From: an uncultured Thiobacillus sp.
Lineage (GTDB): Bacteria; Pseudomonadota; Gammaproteobacteria; Burkholderiales; Thiobacillaceae
Assembly: GCA_964440155.1 (NCBI GenBank)
Contig: CAYTRH010000001.1
Coordinates: 624 to 64,623, forward strand
Direction of reading: 5' to 3'
Length of the DNA stretch: 64,000 nt
Shown: positions 1 to 9,404 of the stretch, in pieces
Layout: the number at the start of each line of letters is the position of its first letter
Numbering within the stretch: the first letter of the stretch is position 1
The notes under the pieces: model-generated
What the model saw: the letters and a program-made list of their open reading frames with translations, nothing else
The model's database searches: none
What the model was told of the DNA's origin: nothing
Program-made: the position numbers and the translations under genes

Positions 1-2244
1 CGGTAGCTCCGGCGGTGCAGCTTCGGTCATCAGCTCGTTGACGGTCTGGTCGGTCACGCTGGCCAAATCGTTACGGCCGTCGGCTCGACGCCCACGGCCA
101 CCACGACGACGGCGGCGCGACTCCCGGTCTTCGCCGCCGGGCTCGACCGTCGTTTCCGGCGCAATCTGGGCCGTGGCCTCCACGCTTTCGGTCATCAGCG
201 GCTTGGGTGCCTCCTGCGGGCGTTCGCGGCGTGGCCGTTCGGCGCGCGCTTCCTTGTTCTCGCGTCCATCCCGGGACTCCCGGCCTTCCCTGGGCTCCCG
301 AGTGTCCGGCCGCTCACCGCGCGGGCTGCGCTCGGCGCCTTCGGCGCGGCTCGGTCGGTCACTGCGCGGACGGCGTTGCTCGCCGTTGCGGGATTCGCTG
401 CGTTCCCCGCGGCTTTCGCGCTCACCGCGTGGTTCCCGGTCGCTACGCCCCCGGCGGGCGTCGCGTTCACGCTCCCGCCTTGCCGGCACGGGCGCTGGTG
501 GCGCTTCGGGTTTCGCTTCCTCGACGGGTTGACTGATGCCGCGCAGCCAACCGACGATACGCCCGAACAGGCCGGCCTTCGGGCTTGGGGCAGGCGCCGC
601 CGATGCGGTACCGGTCTGTGTCGGTGCCGGTTGAGTGGGTGTGATGCCTTGCACCACCGGCTGGGCACGCTCAGCCTTGATGGCGCTACCGTTATGCGCT
701 TTGCTCTCCTCTTCGGCCGGCTTCTCCACCATCTTGTAGCTGGGCGCGGATTGATCGCTCTGGTTGAGCTGATCGTGGCGGAAGCGCGCCAGCGTGTAGC
801 GCGGCGTCTCGAAATGCACGTTCGGGATCAGCACGATCTCGACGCGGTGGCGTGCCTCGATGGCCAGAATGTCGTGGCGCTTCTCGTTGAGCAGGAAGGT
901 GGCGACGTCGACCGGCACCTGCAGATGCACCGCGCCGGTGTTGTCCTTCATTGCCTCTTCCTGCAGCATGCGCAGCAAGTGCAACGCGAAGGATTCGGTG
1001 CTGCGTACGTGGCCCGTACCGGCGCAACGCGGACAGGTGACGTAGCTGGTCTCGCCCAGACTCGGCTGCAGGCGCTGGCGCGACAGTTCGAGCAGGCCGA
1101 AGCGGGATATCTTGCTGGTCTGCACGCGCGCGCGGTCGTGGTGTAGTGCCTCGCGCAGGCGCTCCTCGACTTCACGCTGGTTCTTCTGGTTCTCCATGTC
1201 GATGAAATCGATCACGATCAGCCCACCCAGGTCACGCAGGCGCAGTTGGCGCGCCACCTCCTCTGCGGCTTCCAGGTTGGTATTGAGCGCGGTCTGCTCG
1301 ATGTCACCGCCCTTGGTGGCCTGGGCCGAGTTGACGTCGATGGCGACCAGCGCTTCGGTGTGATCGATGACGATGGCGCCGCCCGAGGGCAGCGTGACCG
1401 TACGCGAGTAGGCGCTCTCGATCTGGTGCTCGATCTGGAAACGCGAGAACAGGGGCACCGGATCGGTATACAGCTTGACCCGGTTGGCGTTGGCCGGCAT
1501 CACGTGCGCCATGAACTGGCGCGCCTGCTCGCACACGTTGGGTTCGTCGATCAGCAGTTCGCCGATGTCCGGCGTGAAGTAGTCGCGGATGGCGCGTATC
1601 ACCAGGCTGGATTCCTGATAGATCAGGAAAGCGCCCGATTGCGCCTTGGCCGCACCGTCGATGGCGTTCCACAACTGCAACAGGTAGTTGAGATCCCACT
1701 GCAACTCCTCGACGCTGCGACCGATGCCCGCGGTGCGGCCGATCAGGCTCATGCCGGCGGGCACCTCGAGTTGCGCCAGCGCGTCGCGTAGTTCGTTGCG
1801 TTCCTCACCCTCGATACGCCGCGAAACGCCACCGCCGCGCGGGTTGTTGGGCATCAGCACCAGATAGCGGCCGGCCAGGCTGATCTGATTGGTGAGCGCG
1901 GCGCCCTTGTTGCCGCGTTCATCCTTCTCGACCTGGACGACCAGTTCCTGGCCTTCCTTCAACAGATCCTGGATGCGAGCGCGGCCGGATTCACCCTTGT
2001 CACTCGCGGGCAGGGAGGCGCGGGCAATCTCCTTGAACGGCAGGAAACCATGACGTTCGGCGCCGTAATTGACGAAGCACGCCTCCAGGGAAGGCTCGAC
2101 ACGCGTGACGACGGCCTTGTAGATGTTGCCCTTGCGTTGTTCCTTGCTGGCGGATTCGATGTCGAGGTCGACCAGCTTCTGACCATCGACAATGGCGACG
2201 CGGAGTTCCTCCGCCTGCGTCGCATTGAACAGCATACGTTTCAT
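1..2244 (-). CDS. rne: Ribonuclease E (5' part; the 3' end runs off the left window edge)
   Basis: The minus-strand frame is open from the ATG at 2244 to base 1. It is absent from the ORF track because it has no stop in the window. My translation starts [31 protein letters not shown] (S1 domain). It contains the Zn-link ...[15 protein letters not shown]... and ends in an Arg/Glu/Pro/Ser-rich low-complexity scaffold typical of RNase E. Confidence 0.93.
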   Translation of the reverse strand, partial: MKRMLFNATQAEELRVAIVDGQKLVDLDIESASKEQRKGNIYKAVVTRVEPSLEACFVNYGAERHGFLPFKEIARASLPASDKGESGRARIQDLLKEGQELVVQVEKDERGNKGAALTNQISLAGRYLVLMPNNPRGGGVSRRIEGEERNELRDALAQLEVPAGMSLIGRTAGIGRSVEELQWDLNYLLQLWNAIDGAAKAQSGAFLIYQESSLVIRAIRDYFTPDIGELLIDEPNVCEQARQFMAHVMPANANRVKLYTDPVPLFSRFQIEHQIESAYSRTVTLPSGGAIVIDHTEALVAIDVNSAQATKGGDIEQTALNTNLEAAEEVARQLRLRDLGGLIVIDFIDMENQKNQREVEERLREALHHDRARVQTSKISRFGLLELSRQRLQPSLGETSYVTCPRCAGTGHVRSTESFALHLLRMLQEEAMKDNTGAVHLQVPVDVATFLLNEKRHDILAIEARHRVEIVLIPNVHFETPRYTLARFRHDQLNQSDQSAPSYKMVEKPAEEESKAHNGSAIKAERAQPVVQGITPTQPAPTQTGTASAAPAPSPKAGLFGRIVGWLRGISQPVEEAKPEAPPAPVPARRERERDARRGRSDREPRGERESRGERSESRNGEQRRPRSDRPSRAEGAERSPRGERPDTREPREGRESRDGRENKEARAERPRRERPQEAPKPLMTESVEATAQIAPETTVEPGGEDRESRRRRRGGRGRRADGRNDLASVTDQTVNELMTEAAPPELP

Positions 2245-2643
2245 GTTATACCCCAGCGCTTACGCGCCCCGGGGCGACAAACCCCGCCGCGCGGTGCGGC
2301 GGCGATGCGAGGCAGGGGATCAGACGGCGGAGTTGTTCGTGTCGCTGAACGGCTGGTGCATGGTGGTCGGGTTCGTCGTTTCATGTCGCCGGCGGCACAC
2401 GGCATCGCATGCCAGGGCCGCCGACCGGGTACATGTCCGGGTGCGGGTCGCGCAGTATGAATTGCGTTACCATCGCTGCTTCAAGGGCCTTCCGGCGGCG
2501 TCAGGTCCGCGGCACTACGCGTAAGCCTGTGGCATTCCCATCGGAAGGTCGATCGCCGGTGAGCGAGACAACCGGCGCCCAGAATGTTCGGTGCGCCGGC
2601 GCGATCCTTGCAGGACCAGCGCGCGTTTGCCGCGCGACACACC
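2245..2643. promoter_or_regulatory. Divergent rne/rluC control region, including a long putative rne 5' leader
   Basis: About 0.4 kb lies between the two divergent genes without a credible ORF. In enterobacteria the rne 5' UTR is an autoregulatory RNase E-sensing element. No conserved structure was verified here. Confidence 0.3.
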
Positions 2644-3627
2644 ATGATCAATGAGCCACGCGAGTATACGGGAATGGATGCGACTGGCAAAGCCGCAGTG
2701 AGCAAGGTGACCATAGCCGCCGAGGAGGCCGGCCAGCGTCTGGACAATTTCCTGTTCCGTCGGTTGAAGGGCGTGCCGAAGAGCCGGGTGTACCGCATGC
2801 TGCGCGAGGGCGAGGTACGGGTGAGCGGACGGCGCGCCAAGCCGGACTACAAGTTGGGAACGGGCGACGAGGTGCGGATTCCGCCGGCACGGGTGGCCGA
2901 AGCTGCGCCGGTGCCGCCGGCGCGCGTCGTGCGGCCCTTGCTGCCACGCGTGCTGTACCGCGACGACAGCTTGTTGGTCATCGACAAGCCGGCTGGGCAG
3001 GCGGTGCACGGCGGCAGCGGGATCAGCCTGGGGGTGATCGAACAGTTGCGCCTGGAATTGCCCGAAGCGCGTTATCTGGAACTGGTGCATCGTCTGGACA
3101 AGGAGACTTCGGGCGTGCTGTTGCTGGCGCTCAAGCGTTCCGCCCTGGTCGAACTGCATCGCATGTTGCGCGAGGGTGAGACGCGCAAGTTCTACCAGGC
3201 CCTGGCGGTGGGCGAGTGGCGCGATGCCGTTCGCCATGTGCGCCTGGCGTTGCACAAGACCACTGGCGAATCCGGGGAGCGCCGTGTCCATGTACATGAG
3301 GACGGGCAGCATGCCCATACCGTGTTCCGGCGCCGGCGCGTCATCGATGGCTTCAGCCTGTTGGAAGCCGAACTGAAAACCGGACGCACTCATCAGATTC
3401 GCGTGCATCTGGCCGCGCTCGGCAATCCCATCGCCGGCGACGACAAGTATGGCGATTTCGAATTGAATCGCGCGCTCAGGAAGCGCGGCTTGCGGCGCAT
3501 GTTCCTGCATGCGGCACGCATGGAGCTGAAGCACCCTCTCACCGGCGCGCCGCTGCTGTTGGAAGCGCCGATACCCGACGATCTCGCGGGCTTTCTCGCC
3601 ACGCTGGAGGCTGGCCATGCAGGATGA
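2644..3627 (+). CDS. rluC: 23S rRNA pseudouridine synthase, RluC-like (RluA family)
   Basis: From ORF 2584..3627. S4 domain: KVTIAAEEAGQRLDNFLFRRLKGVPKSRVYRMLREGEVRV. Catalytic core: HRLDKETSGVLLLA. Divergent from rne as in E. coli. The start is ambiguous (ATG at 2584, 2644 or 2674). Confidence 0.88.
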   Translation: MINEPREYTGMDATGKAAVSKVTIAAEEAGQRLDNFLFRRLKGVPKSRVYRMLREGEVRVSGRRAKPDYKLGTGDEVRIPPARVAEAAPVPPARVVRPLLPRVLYRDDSLLVIDKPAGQAVHGGSGISLGVIEQLRLELPEARYLELVHRLDKETSGVLLLALKRSALVELHRMLREGETRKFYQALAVGEWRDAVRHVRLALHKTTGESGERRVHVHEDGQHAHTVFRRRRVIDGFSLLEAELKTGRTHQIRVHLAALGNPIAGDDKYGDFELNRALRKRGLRRMFLHAARMELKHPLTGAPLLLEAPIPDDLAGFLATLEAGHAG

Positions 3628-3928
3628 CGAGGAATTGCGTGCGCGTCTCGAAGCCGAGACCGGCACGCTGACCTGGCCCGAACTGGAAAGGCATTTCGCC
3701 CGCGGCGTAGTCATCCGCGTGGCCAAGGGCGTCGACCTGATCGACGTTGCCGAGGCCATGGCACGCGATGACGCGATGCGGGTGGCCAACTGGCTGCACG
3801 ACGGCGCCATCGCCCGCGCGTCAAGTGAGGAGGCGCAAACCTGGCACGCGTGCCAGACGGCATTGCGGGCGGTGGTGGTGGCACCGTGGGTGCTGGTTCA
3901 GCCACATCCCGCACAGGCGGAGGAATGA
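3617..3928 (+). CDS. DUF2288-family small protein
   Basis: 103 aa. The pattern ...WPELERHFARGVVIRVAKGVDLIDVAEAMARDD...VANWL...VVVAPWVLVQ matches the DUF2288 consensus as I recall it. It overlaps the rluC 3' end by 11 nt. Confidence 0.7.
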   Translation: MQDDEELRARLEAETGTLTWPELERHFARGVVIRVAKGVDLIDVAEAMARDDAMRVANWLHDGAIARASSEEAQTWHACQTALRAVVVAPWVLVQPHPAQAEE

Positions 3929-3931
3929 CCC

Positions 3932-4177
3932 ATGCGTGAGGTCGAATTCACGCTCACCGACACGCACGTGGCGCTGTGCGATCTGCTCAAACTTGCCGGT
4001 GTGGTTCACAGCGGCGGACAGGGCAAGGCACTGGTGGCGGCCGGCGAGGTGCACGTCGACGGCAGCCGCGAAGGACGCAAAACCGCCAAGATTCGCGCCG
4101 GCCAGGTGGTGGCCTGGCGCGACGTGCGCATTCGCGTGCGTGCCGCCACCGTGCCCGATGCGCCGGTCAGCGAATGA
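3932..4177 (+). CDS. S4-domain RNA-binding protein (YbcJ-like)
   Basis: 81 aa. The sequence ALCDLLKLAGVVHSGGQGKALVAAGEVHVDGSREGRKTAKIRAGQVV is typical of the small ribosome-associated S4-fold proteins. It starts 3 nt after the previous stop. Confidence 0.75.
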   Translation: MREVEFTLTDTHVALCDLLKLAGVVHSGGQGKALVAAGEVHVDGSREGRKTAKIRAGQVVAWRDVRIRVRAATVPDAPVSE

Positions 4178-4490
4178 CGATGGGCGGCAAGTGGATCACG
4201 ACGGTGGCGTCGCGCGGCACGGCGGGCGGGCCGTAGCGCACCGGGCCGTAATACACACGGCTGTCGTAATACAGCGGAGCGCCGTGGACATAGACCCGTT
4301 CGCGCACGACGTGCCGCTCCGGCCATGCGCGCCGGTCGTGGTGCGGGTGCCAGTGCGATTGGGTGTGGCTCCAGTGTGGACCCGGCGGGCCGCGCCATGG
4401 GCCGCGATCGTGCGCCATCGCGCCTTGGGCCAGGCCGAGCGCGCCGACCGCCATCAGTCCGGTGAGCATTGATCGAAATGGTTTGCGCAT
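4167..4490 (-). CDS. Small secreted His/Pro/Trp/Tyr-rich protein of unknown function
   Basis: 107 aa. It has a Sec signal peptide (MRKPFRSMLTGLMAVGALGLAQGAMA). The mature part is rich in H, W, P, R and Y (HDRGPWRGPPGPHWSHTQSHWHPHHDRRAWPERH...). GC3-rich codons support coding. Confidence 0.55.
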   Translation of the reverse strand: MRKPFRSMLTGLMAVGALGLAQGAMAHDRGPWRGPPGPHWSHTQSHWHPHHDRRAWPERHVVRERVYVHGAPLYYDSRVYYGPVRYGPPAVPRDATVVIHLPPIVIR

Positions 4491-4767
4491 GATCGACTCC
4501 TCGTATCCGGAGCGGAAACCGGCACCATGCCGGTCCGCCCTGTTTCCAGGGTATGCGCGATGGGGCCAGGCCAGGGTTTCAAGGCGTTACCAGATGTAAC
4601 ATGCGCGTTCGATGCTCAACGCCGTGGTGCGTGCGCGTCGACACACCTGCCGCATACCGTGTCGATGGCACGCGCGAGCAGCCCCAGGGTAGGGCAAGCG
4701 GCTACGCCATGAACGGTTTGGCGTTACCATTGCCGCACGCGTTCGTCCCCTCGATTCCGGAGCCTCC

Positions 4768-6405
4768 ATGATCCACGCACTCGCAGGCAAACCCGCACCC
4801 GCCGACCGCCTGACCGACATCGAAGCGCTGTTGCGCGCGTATCAGGACACACCCGACATCAGCCAGCCCGCTCAGCGGGTCGCCTTCGGCACCAGCGGAC
4901 ATCGCGGTAGCGCGTTCAAACGTTCGTTCAACGAGGCGCACATCCTCGCCATAACCCAGGCGATCTGCGAATACCGCAGCGCCCAGGGCATCACCGGACC
5001 GTTGTTTCTGGGCAAGGATACGCACGCGTTGTCCACGCCGGCCCAGGTCACGGTGCTGGAGGTGCTGGCTGCCAACGGCGTGGAAACCCGCGTGCAGTCG
5101 TTCGACGGCTACACGCCCACGCCGGTCATCTCGCGCGCCATCCTGGCCTACAACCGGGTGCAGGGCGCGCCGCGCGCCGATGGCGTGGTCATCACGCCGT
5201 CGCACAATCCGCCCCAGGATGGCGGCATCAAGTACAACCCGCCCAACGGCGGGCCGGCCGATACCGACGTGACCGGCTGGATCGAACAGCGCGCCAACGC
5301 GTTGCTGGCCGACGGCAATCGTGAGGTCAAGCGCGTGCCCGCGGCGCAGGCGCTGTCCGCGCCGACCACGCTGCACGAGGATTTCATCGCCGCGTACGTC
5401 GCCGACCTCGACGAGGTCATCGACATGGAGGCGATCCGCGCCGCCGGCCTGCGCATCGGTGTCGATCCCCTGGGTGGAGCGGCAGTGGCCTACTGGCAGC
5501 CGATTGCGCGCAAGTACGGTCTGGACATCGAGGTGGTGAACACGCGCGTGGATCCGGCGTTCGGGTTCATGACGCTGGATCACGACGGTCAGATCCGCAT
5601 GGATTGCTCCAGCCCCTATGCCATGGCCGGTCTGGTGGCCTTGAAGGATCGTTTCGACGTCGCCTGGGGCAATGATGCCGACGTCGACCGCCACGGCATC
5701 GTCACGCCGTCCATGGGCCTGATGAACCCCAATCACTATCTCGCCGTCGCCATCCATTACCTGCTTACGCATCGGCCGCAATGGCCGGCGCGCGCGGCCG
5801 TGGGCAAGACGCTGGTGTCGAGCGGGCTGATCGATCGCGTGGTCGCCAGTCTGGGGCGCGATGTCCTGGAAGTGCCGGTGGGCTTCAAGTGGTTTTCCGC
5901 CGGCCTGCTCGATGGCGCCCTGTGCTTCGGCGGCGAGGAGAGCGCCGGCGCGTCGTTCCTGCGACGTGACGGCACGGTCTGGACGACGGACAAGGACGGC
6001 ATCATTCTTGGCCTGCTCGCGGCCGAGATCACGGCCGTGACCGGCAAGGACCCCGGCGTCTACTATCAGGAACTCGTTGCCCGTCACGGCACGCCGTTCT
6101 ATGTGCGCATCGATGCGCCGGCGACGCCGGCACAGAAGGCAGCATTCAAGCAACTTACCGGCGAGCGCGTCACGGCCGCCACGTTGGCCGGCGAGCCCAT
6201 CCTCGCGCGGCTGACGCGCGCGCCCGGTAACGATGCGCCGATCGGCGGGCTGAAGGTGGTGACCGCCAACGGCTGGTTTGCGGCGCGCCCCTCCGGCACC
6301 GAGGATGTCTACAAGCTCTATGCCGAGAGCTTCAGGAGTGAGAGCCACTTGCAGGACATCGTGCGCGAGGCGCGCCTGATCGTCGGCGCCGCACTGGCCG
6401 GGTAG
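4768..6405 (+). CDS. pgm: Phosphoglucomutase, alpha-D-glucose phosphate-specific
   Basis: 545 aa. It is collinear with E. coli Pgm as I recall it: FGTSGHRGS, phosphoserine loop [23 protein letters not shown], and GEESAG. Confidence 0.95.
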   Translation: MIHALAGKPAPADRLTDIEALLRAYQDTPDISQPAQRVAFGTSGHRGSAFKRSFNEAHILAITQAICEYRSAQGITGPLFLGKDTHALSTPAQVTVLEVLAANGVETRVQSFDGYTPTPVISRAILAYNRVQGAPRADGVVITPSHNPPQDGGIKYNPPNGGPADTDVTGWIEQRANALLADGNREVKRVPAAQALSAPTTLHEDFIAAYVADLDEVIDMEAIRAAGLRIGVDPLGGAAVAYWQPIARKYGLDIEVVNTRVDPAFGFMTLDHDGQIRMDCSSPYAMAGLVALKDRFDVAWGNDADVDRHGIVTPSMGLMNPNHYLAVAIHYLLTHRPQWPARAAVGKTLVSSGLIDRVVASLGRDVLEVPVGFKWFSAGLLDGALCFGGEESAGASFLRRDGTVWTTDKDGIILGLLAAEITAVTGKDPGVYYQELVARHGTPFYVRIDAPATPAQKAAFKQLTGERVTAATLAGEPILARLTRAPGNDAPIGGLKVVTANGWFAARPSGTEDVYKLYAESFRSESHLQDIVREARLIVGAALAG

Positions 6406-6420
6406 GGGACGGGTACAGCC

Positions 6421-7116
6421 ATGCGGCCGGTGCGCGGGCTGGCGCGCTGCGCGCTGCTGGCGATCGGCGGCGCATCGGTGGCGGTGCCCGGCCATGCCCA
6501 TGCCTCCGAACCTTCGGCCACGTCCAGCCCGCCGGCCGCGACGACGGCGACTACCGCTTGGGTCGCCACTGGCCCGCAATACCTGGCACGCGCGCGGGAA
6601 CTGGAGCGCCGCGGCGACTGGCAGCGGCTGATGCTGCTGGCCTACGAGTGGACCGCGCGTGAGCCCGGTGACGCCCTTGCCTGGTTCGTGCTGGGGCGCG
6701 CACTCGGCGCCCGACGTCTGCACGGCGAGGCCATCGCCGCGTATCGCGAGGCTGTGCGCCTCGACCCAAACGACGTGCATGCGCTCATCAATCTGGGCAA
6801 CCTGTACCGCCAGTCTGGCAGGCCGCTGGAGGCACTCGGCGCGTATCGGGCCGCGCTCGCGCGCAATGCCGGCTTCGAGCCGGCCTGGCACAATCTGGGC
6901 ATCGTCTACTTCGACGTGAAGGGCGCGCAGGGCGTCATGCTGGCCTTGCAGCGCTTGCAGCTCGAGGATCCGGCGTTGGCCCAAGCGTGGCGCGCGCTGG
7001 CGCTGGAGTATGCACGTGTGCAAGACGAACGCATCGCGCGTGCCGCCGTGGCATTGCTGCGCGGTTTGAGCGAGCAGCGCCGCAATCGCATGTTCGACCT
7101 GCTGCTGTCCGATTGA
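6421..7116 (+). CDS. Secreted tetratricopeptide-repeat protein
   Basis: 231 aa. It has a signal peptide (ALLAIGGASVAVPGHAHA) and several TPR units (AWFVLGRAL..., ALINLGNLYRQSGRPLEALGAYRAALARNAGFEPAWHNLGIVY). Confidence 0.7.
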   Translation: MRPVRGLARCALLAIGGASVAVPGHAHASEPSATSSPPAATTATTAWVATGPQYLARARELERRGDWQRLMLLAYEWTAREPGDALAWFVLGRALGARRLHGEAIAAYREAVRLDPNDVHALINLGNLYRQSGRPLEALGAYRAALARNAGFEPAWHNLGIVYFDVKGAQGVMLALQRLQLEDPALAQAWRALALEYARVQDERIARAAVALLRGLSEQRRNRMFDLLLSD

Positions 7117-7183
7117 GTGCACCGGGCAGACCGCGGCCTGCGACCGGGTGGCGGCACGGTAGAATGATCGCCCTTGCAACGAC

Positions 7184-7864
7184 ATGCAGAGTCTTCCATT
7201 GCCGCTCACCACGCGCCGCTACGAACTGCTGATCTTCGATTGGGACGGCACCCTGATGGATTCCACCGGCGTCATCGCCGCCTGCATCCAGGCGGCCAGC
7301 CGCGACATGGGGCTGCCCGAACCGACGCGCGAGCACGCGAGCCACATCATCGGGCTGGGCCTGCGCCAGGCGCTGCTGACCCTGTTTCCCGATCTGCCGG
7401 ACGAACAGCACCCGGAACTGGCGGCGCATTACCGTCGCCACTTCCTTGCCCGCGACGCCGAGATCCCGCTGTTCGACGGCGCGTTCCAGTTGATCGACGA
7501 GTTGCGCGCGCAGGGTTATCTGCTCGCCGTGGCCACCGGCAAGGCGCGCACGGGCCTGCGGCGGGCGCTCGACCACACCGGGCTGCACGCGCATTTCCAT
7601 GCGACGCGCACCGCCGATGAGACCTTCTCCAAGCCGCATCCGGCCATGATCCAGGAGTTGCTGGACGAACTGGGCGTGGACAAGGCACGCGCGCTGATGA
7701 TCGGCGATACCACGCATGACCTGGAGATGGCGCGCAATGCCGGTGTCGCCGCGCTGGCGGTGGCTTACGGCGCGCATCCCGCCGAGCAGTTGGAACGCCT
7801 GAATCCACTGGCGGTATGTCGTGAGTTCGGCGAGCTGGCGCGATGGCTGCGCGCGAACGGCTGA
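7184..7864 (+). CDS. HAD-IA family hydrolase (phosphoglycolate-phosphatase-like)
   Basis: 226 aa. HAD motif I is FDWDGTLMDS, and motif IV is MIGDTTHDLEMARNAG. The same position (after rne-rluC, before the S49 peptidase) is seen in Pseudomonas. Confidence 0.85.
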   Translation: MQSLPLPLTTRRYELLIFDWDGTLMDSTGVIAACIQAASRDMGLPEPTREHASHIIGLGLRQALLTLFPDLPDEQHPELAAHYRRHFLARDAEIPLFDGAFQLIDELRAQGYLLAVATGKARTGLRRALDHTGLHAHFHATRTADETFSKPHPAMIQELLDELGVDKARALMIGDTTHDLEMARNAGVAALAVAYGAHPAEQLERLNPLAVCREFGELARWLRANG

Positions 7865-8190
7865 TCTGCGCCAGCGAAGCGGTCACGGAAGCCGGTCCGG
7901 GTGTGCGCTTCACGGTCGAGCAGGACGGCGAGACGGTGCCGGCCTTCGTCATCCGTTTCCACGGTCGCGTCCACGCTTACTTCAATCGTTGCGGCCACGT
8001 GCCGGTGGAGCTGGACTGGCAGCCCGGTGAATTCTTTGATTTGACCCGGCTATACTTGATCTGCGCCACCCATGGCGCGCTGTACGACCCGCGCACGGGT
8101 GCCTGCATCGAGGGCCGCTGCCGCGGGCAGGGCCTCGTGCCGCTGCCGGTGGTGGAACGCGCGGGTGGGATATTCATCGAGGAAGGTTGA
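7843..8190 (+). CDS. Rieske [2Fe-2S] domain protein
   Basis: 115 aa. The Rieske ligands are CGH...(x)...CATHG. It overlaps the HAD gene by 22 nt and the sppA start by 4 nt. Confidence 0.8.
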   Translation: MAARERLICASEAVTEAGPGVRFTVEQDGETVPAFVIRFHGRVHAYFNRCGHVPVELDWQPGEFFDLTRLYLICATHGALYDPRTGACIEGRCRGQGLVPLPVVERAGGIFIEEG

Positions 8191-9134
8191 TGGCGGAATC
8201 CACGCAACAGGAAGGCGAACGCGGCGCACTGGAACGGTTGCTGCTGGCGCATCTCGACGAGCAACGCCGCACCCGTCGCTGGGGCGTGTTCTTCAAGCTG
8301 ATGGGGTTGTTGTGGCTGTTCGCGTTGATCGGCGTGATCGCCAGTATCGGTGATGGCGGTTTCGTCTCCACCAAGCCGCACACCGCGTTGATCGAGCTGC
8401 AAGGGCAGATCGGCGGCCACGACGGCATCACGGCGGACGTGCTCAACGGTGCGCTCAACAGCGCCTTCTCCGACCGCCACACGCGTGCCGTGGTGTTGCG
8501 CATCAACAGTCCGGGGGGCAGCCCGGTGCAGGCCGGACAGGTGTATGACGAGATCCGGCGGCTGCGCGAGAAGTACCCCAAGATTCCCTTGTATGCCGTG
8601 GTCGATGACGTGTGCGCCTCCGGCGGGTACTACATCGCCGCCGCGGCTGACAAGATCTTCGTCGACAAGGCATCGCTGGTCGGTTCCATCGGTGTGCTGA
8701 TGGACGGCTTCGGGTTTACCGAGAGCATGAAGAAGCTGGGTGTCGAACGCCGGCTGTTGACCGCCGGTGAGAACAAGGGGTTTCTCGATCCGTTTTCGCC
8801 GCTGGAACCGGCGCAGGTCGAACATGCGCGCGCCATGCTGGGCGACATCCACCAGCAGTTCGTGCAGATCGTGCGTCAGGGTCGTGGTGACCGCCTGAAA
8901 GAAACGCCCGATCTGTTCAGCGGCCTGATCTGGAGCGGTACGCGCAGCATCGAACTGGGCCTGGCCGATGGCCTGGGTTCGCTCGATTACGTCGCGCGCG
9001 AGGTGGTCAAAGTCGAGGACGTGGTCGACTTCACGCCCAAGCAGGGCTTGGCGGAACGTCTGGCGCGCCGCATCGGCACTGGCATCGGCGAAAGCCTGAT
9101 GCCGTGGTCGCGCGGAACGCTGCATGTGCGCTGA
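8187..9134 (+). CDS. sppA: Signal peptide peptidase SppA, 36K type (peptidase S49)
   Basis: 315 aa. It has an N-terminal TM helix (WGVFFKLMGLLWLFALIGVIASI) and an S49 core (VVLRINSPGGSPVQA..., CASGGYYIAAAADKIF). Confidence 0.88.
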   Translation: MMAESTQQEGERGALERLLLAHLDEQRRTRRWGVFFKLMGLLWLFALIGVIASIGDGGFVSTKPHTALIELQGQIGGHDGITADVLNGALNSAFSDRHTRAVVLRINSPGGSPVQAGQVYDEIRRLREKYPKIPLYAVVDDVCASGGYYIAAAADKIFVDKASLVGSIGVLMDGFGFTESMKKLGVERRLLTAGENKGFLDPFSPLEPAQVEHARAMLGDIHQQFVQIVRQGRGDRLKETPDLFSGLIWSGTRSIELGLADGLGSLDYVAREVVKVEDVVDFTPKQGLAERLARRIGTGIGESLMPWSRGTLHVR

Positions 9135-9142
9135 GCCGACTG

Positions 9143-9376
9143 ATGAGCGACTATGTACCTATCGCCTGCGCCGAGCACGAGAAGCTGGAGTACGCTGTGC
9201 TGCGCCGGCAACCCCTGCGCCTGCGCTGGCAGGAAGGCGACGACGAGTGCGAAGAGGTCGTGCTGGTGGTCGACGTGGTCACGCGCGATGGCGCGGAATG
9301 GCTGCACTATCGCCGGCCCCATGGGGAACTCGCCGAACTGCGCCTGGATCGCTTGATCGCGGCCGTGCCGGTGTGA
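9143..9376 (+). CDS. rof: Rof-like (Rho-binding antiterminator family) small protein
   Basis: 77 aa, starting at the internal ATG of ORF 9104..9376. MSDYVPIACAEHEKLEYAVLRRQPLRL...EVVLVVDVVTRDGAEWL...LRLDRL resembles E. coli Rof (YQPINCDDYDNLELAC...). Confidence 0.6.
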   Translation: MSDYVPIACAEHEKLEYAVLRRQPLRLRWQEGDDECEEVVLVVDVVTRDGAEWLHYRRPHGELAELRLDRLIAAVPV

Positions 9377-9404
9377 ACGCGCCGCCGCTCTGAGCCGCGG
9401 CCGC

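Noticed and set aside
1-700. A repetitive Arg/Ser/Pro/Glu-coding stretch that looks like a tandem repeat or a low-complexity element.
   Set aside because: It is in frame with, and continuous with, the RNase E catalytic domain. The Arg-rich degradosome scaffold region of RNase E typically looks like this. No exact nucleotide tandem repeat unit was found.
4702-7212. An 836-aa ORF on the minus strand. Similar very long ORFs occur at 9621..11384(+), 21044..22504(+), 28932..30689(+), 42467..44317(+), 60455..62002(-), 62562..63965(-), 35456..36253(-) and 40530..41693(+).
   Set aside because: Each lies antisense to, or out of frame with, a gene that has unmistakable conserved motifs (pgm, methyltransferase, bamA, tsf/rpsB, sdhA, gltX, Memo-like, trxB, gltA). 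Their translations are Arg/Ala/Gly/His-rich low-complexity sequences. This is the usual stop-codon-poor shadow ORF of GC-rich DNA.
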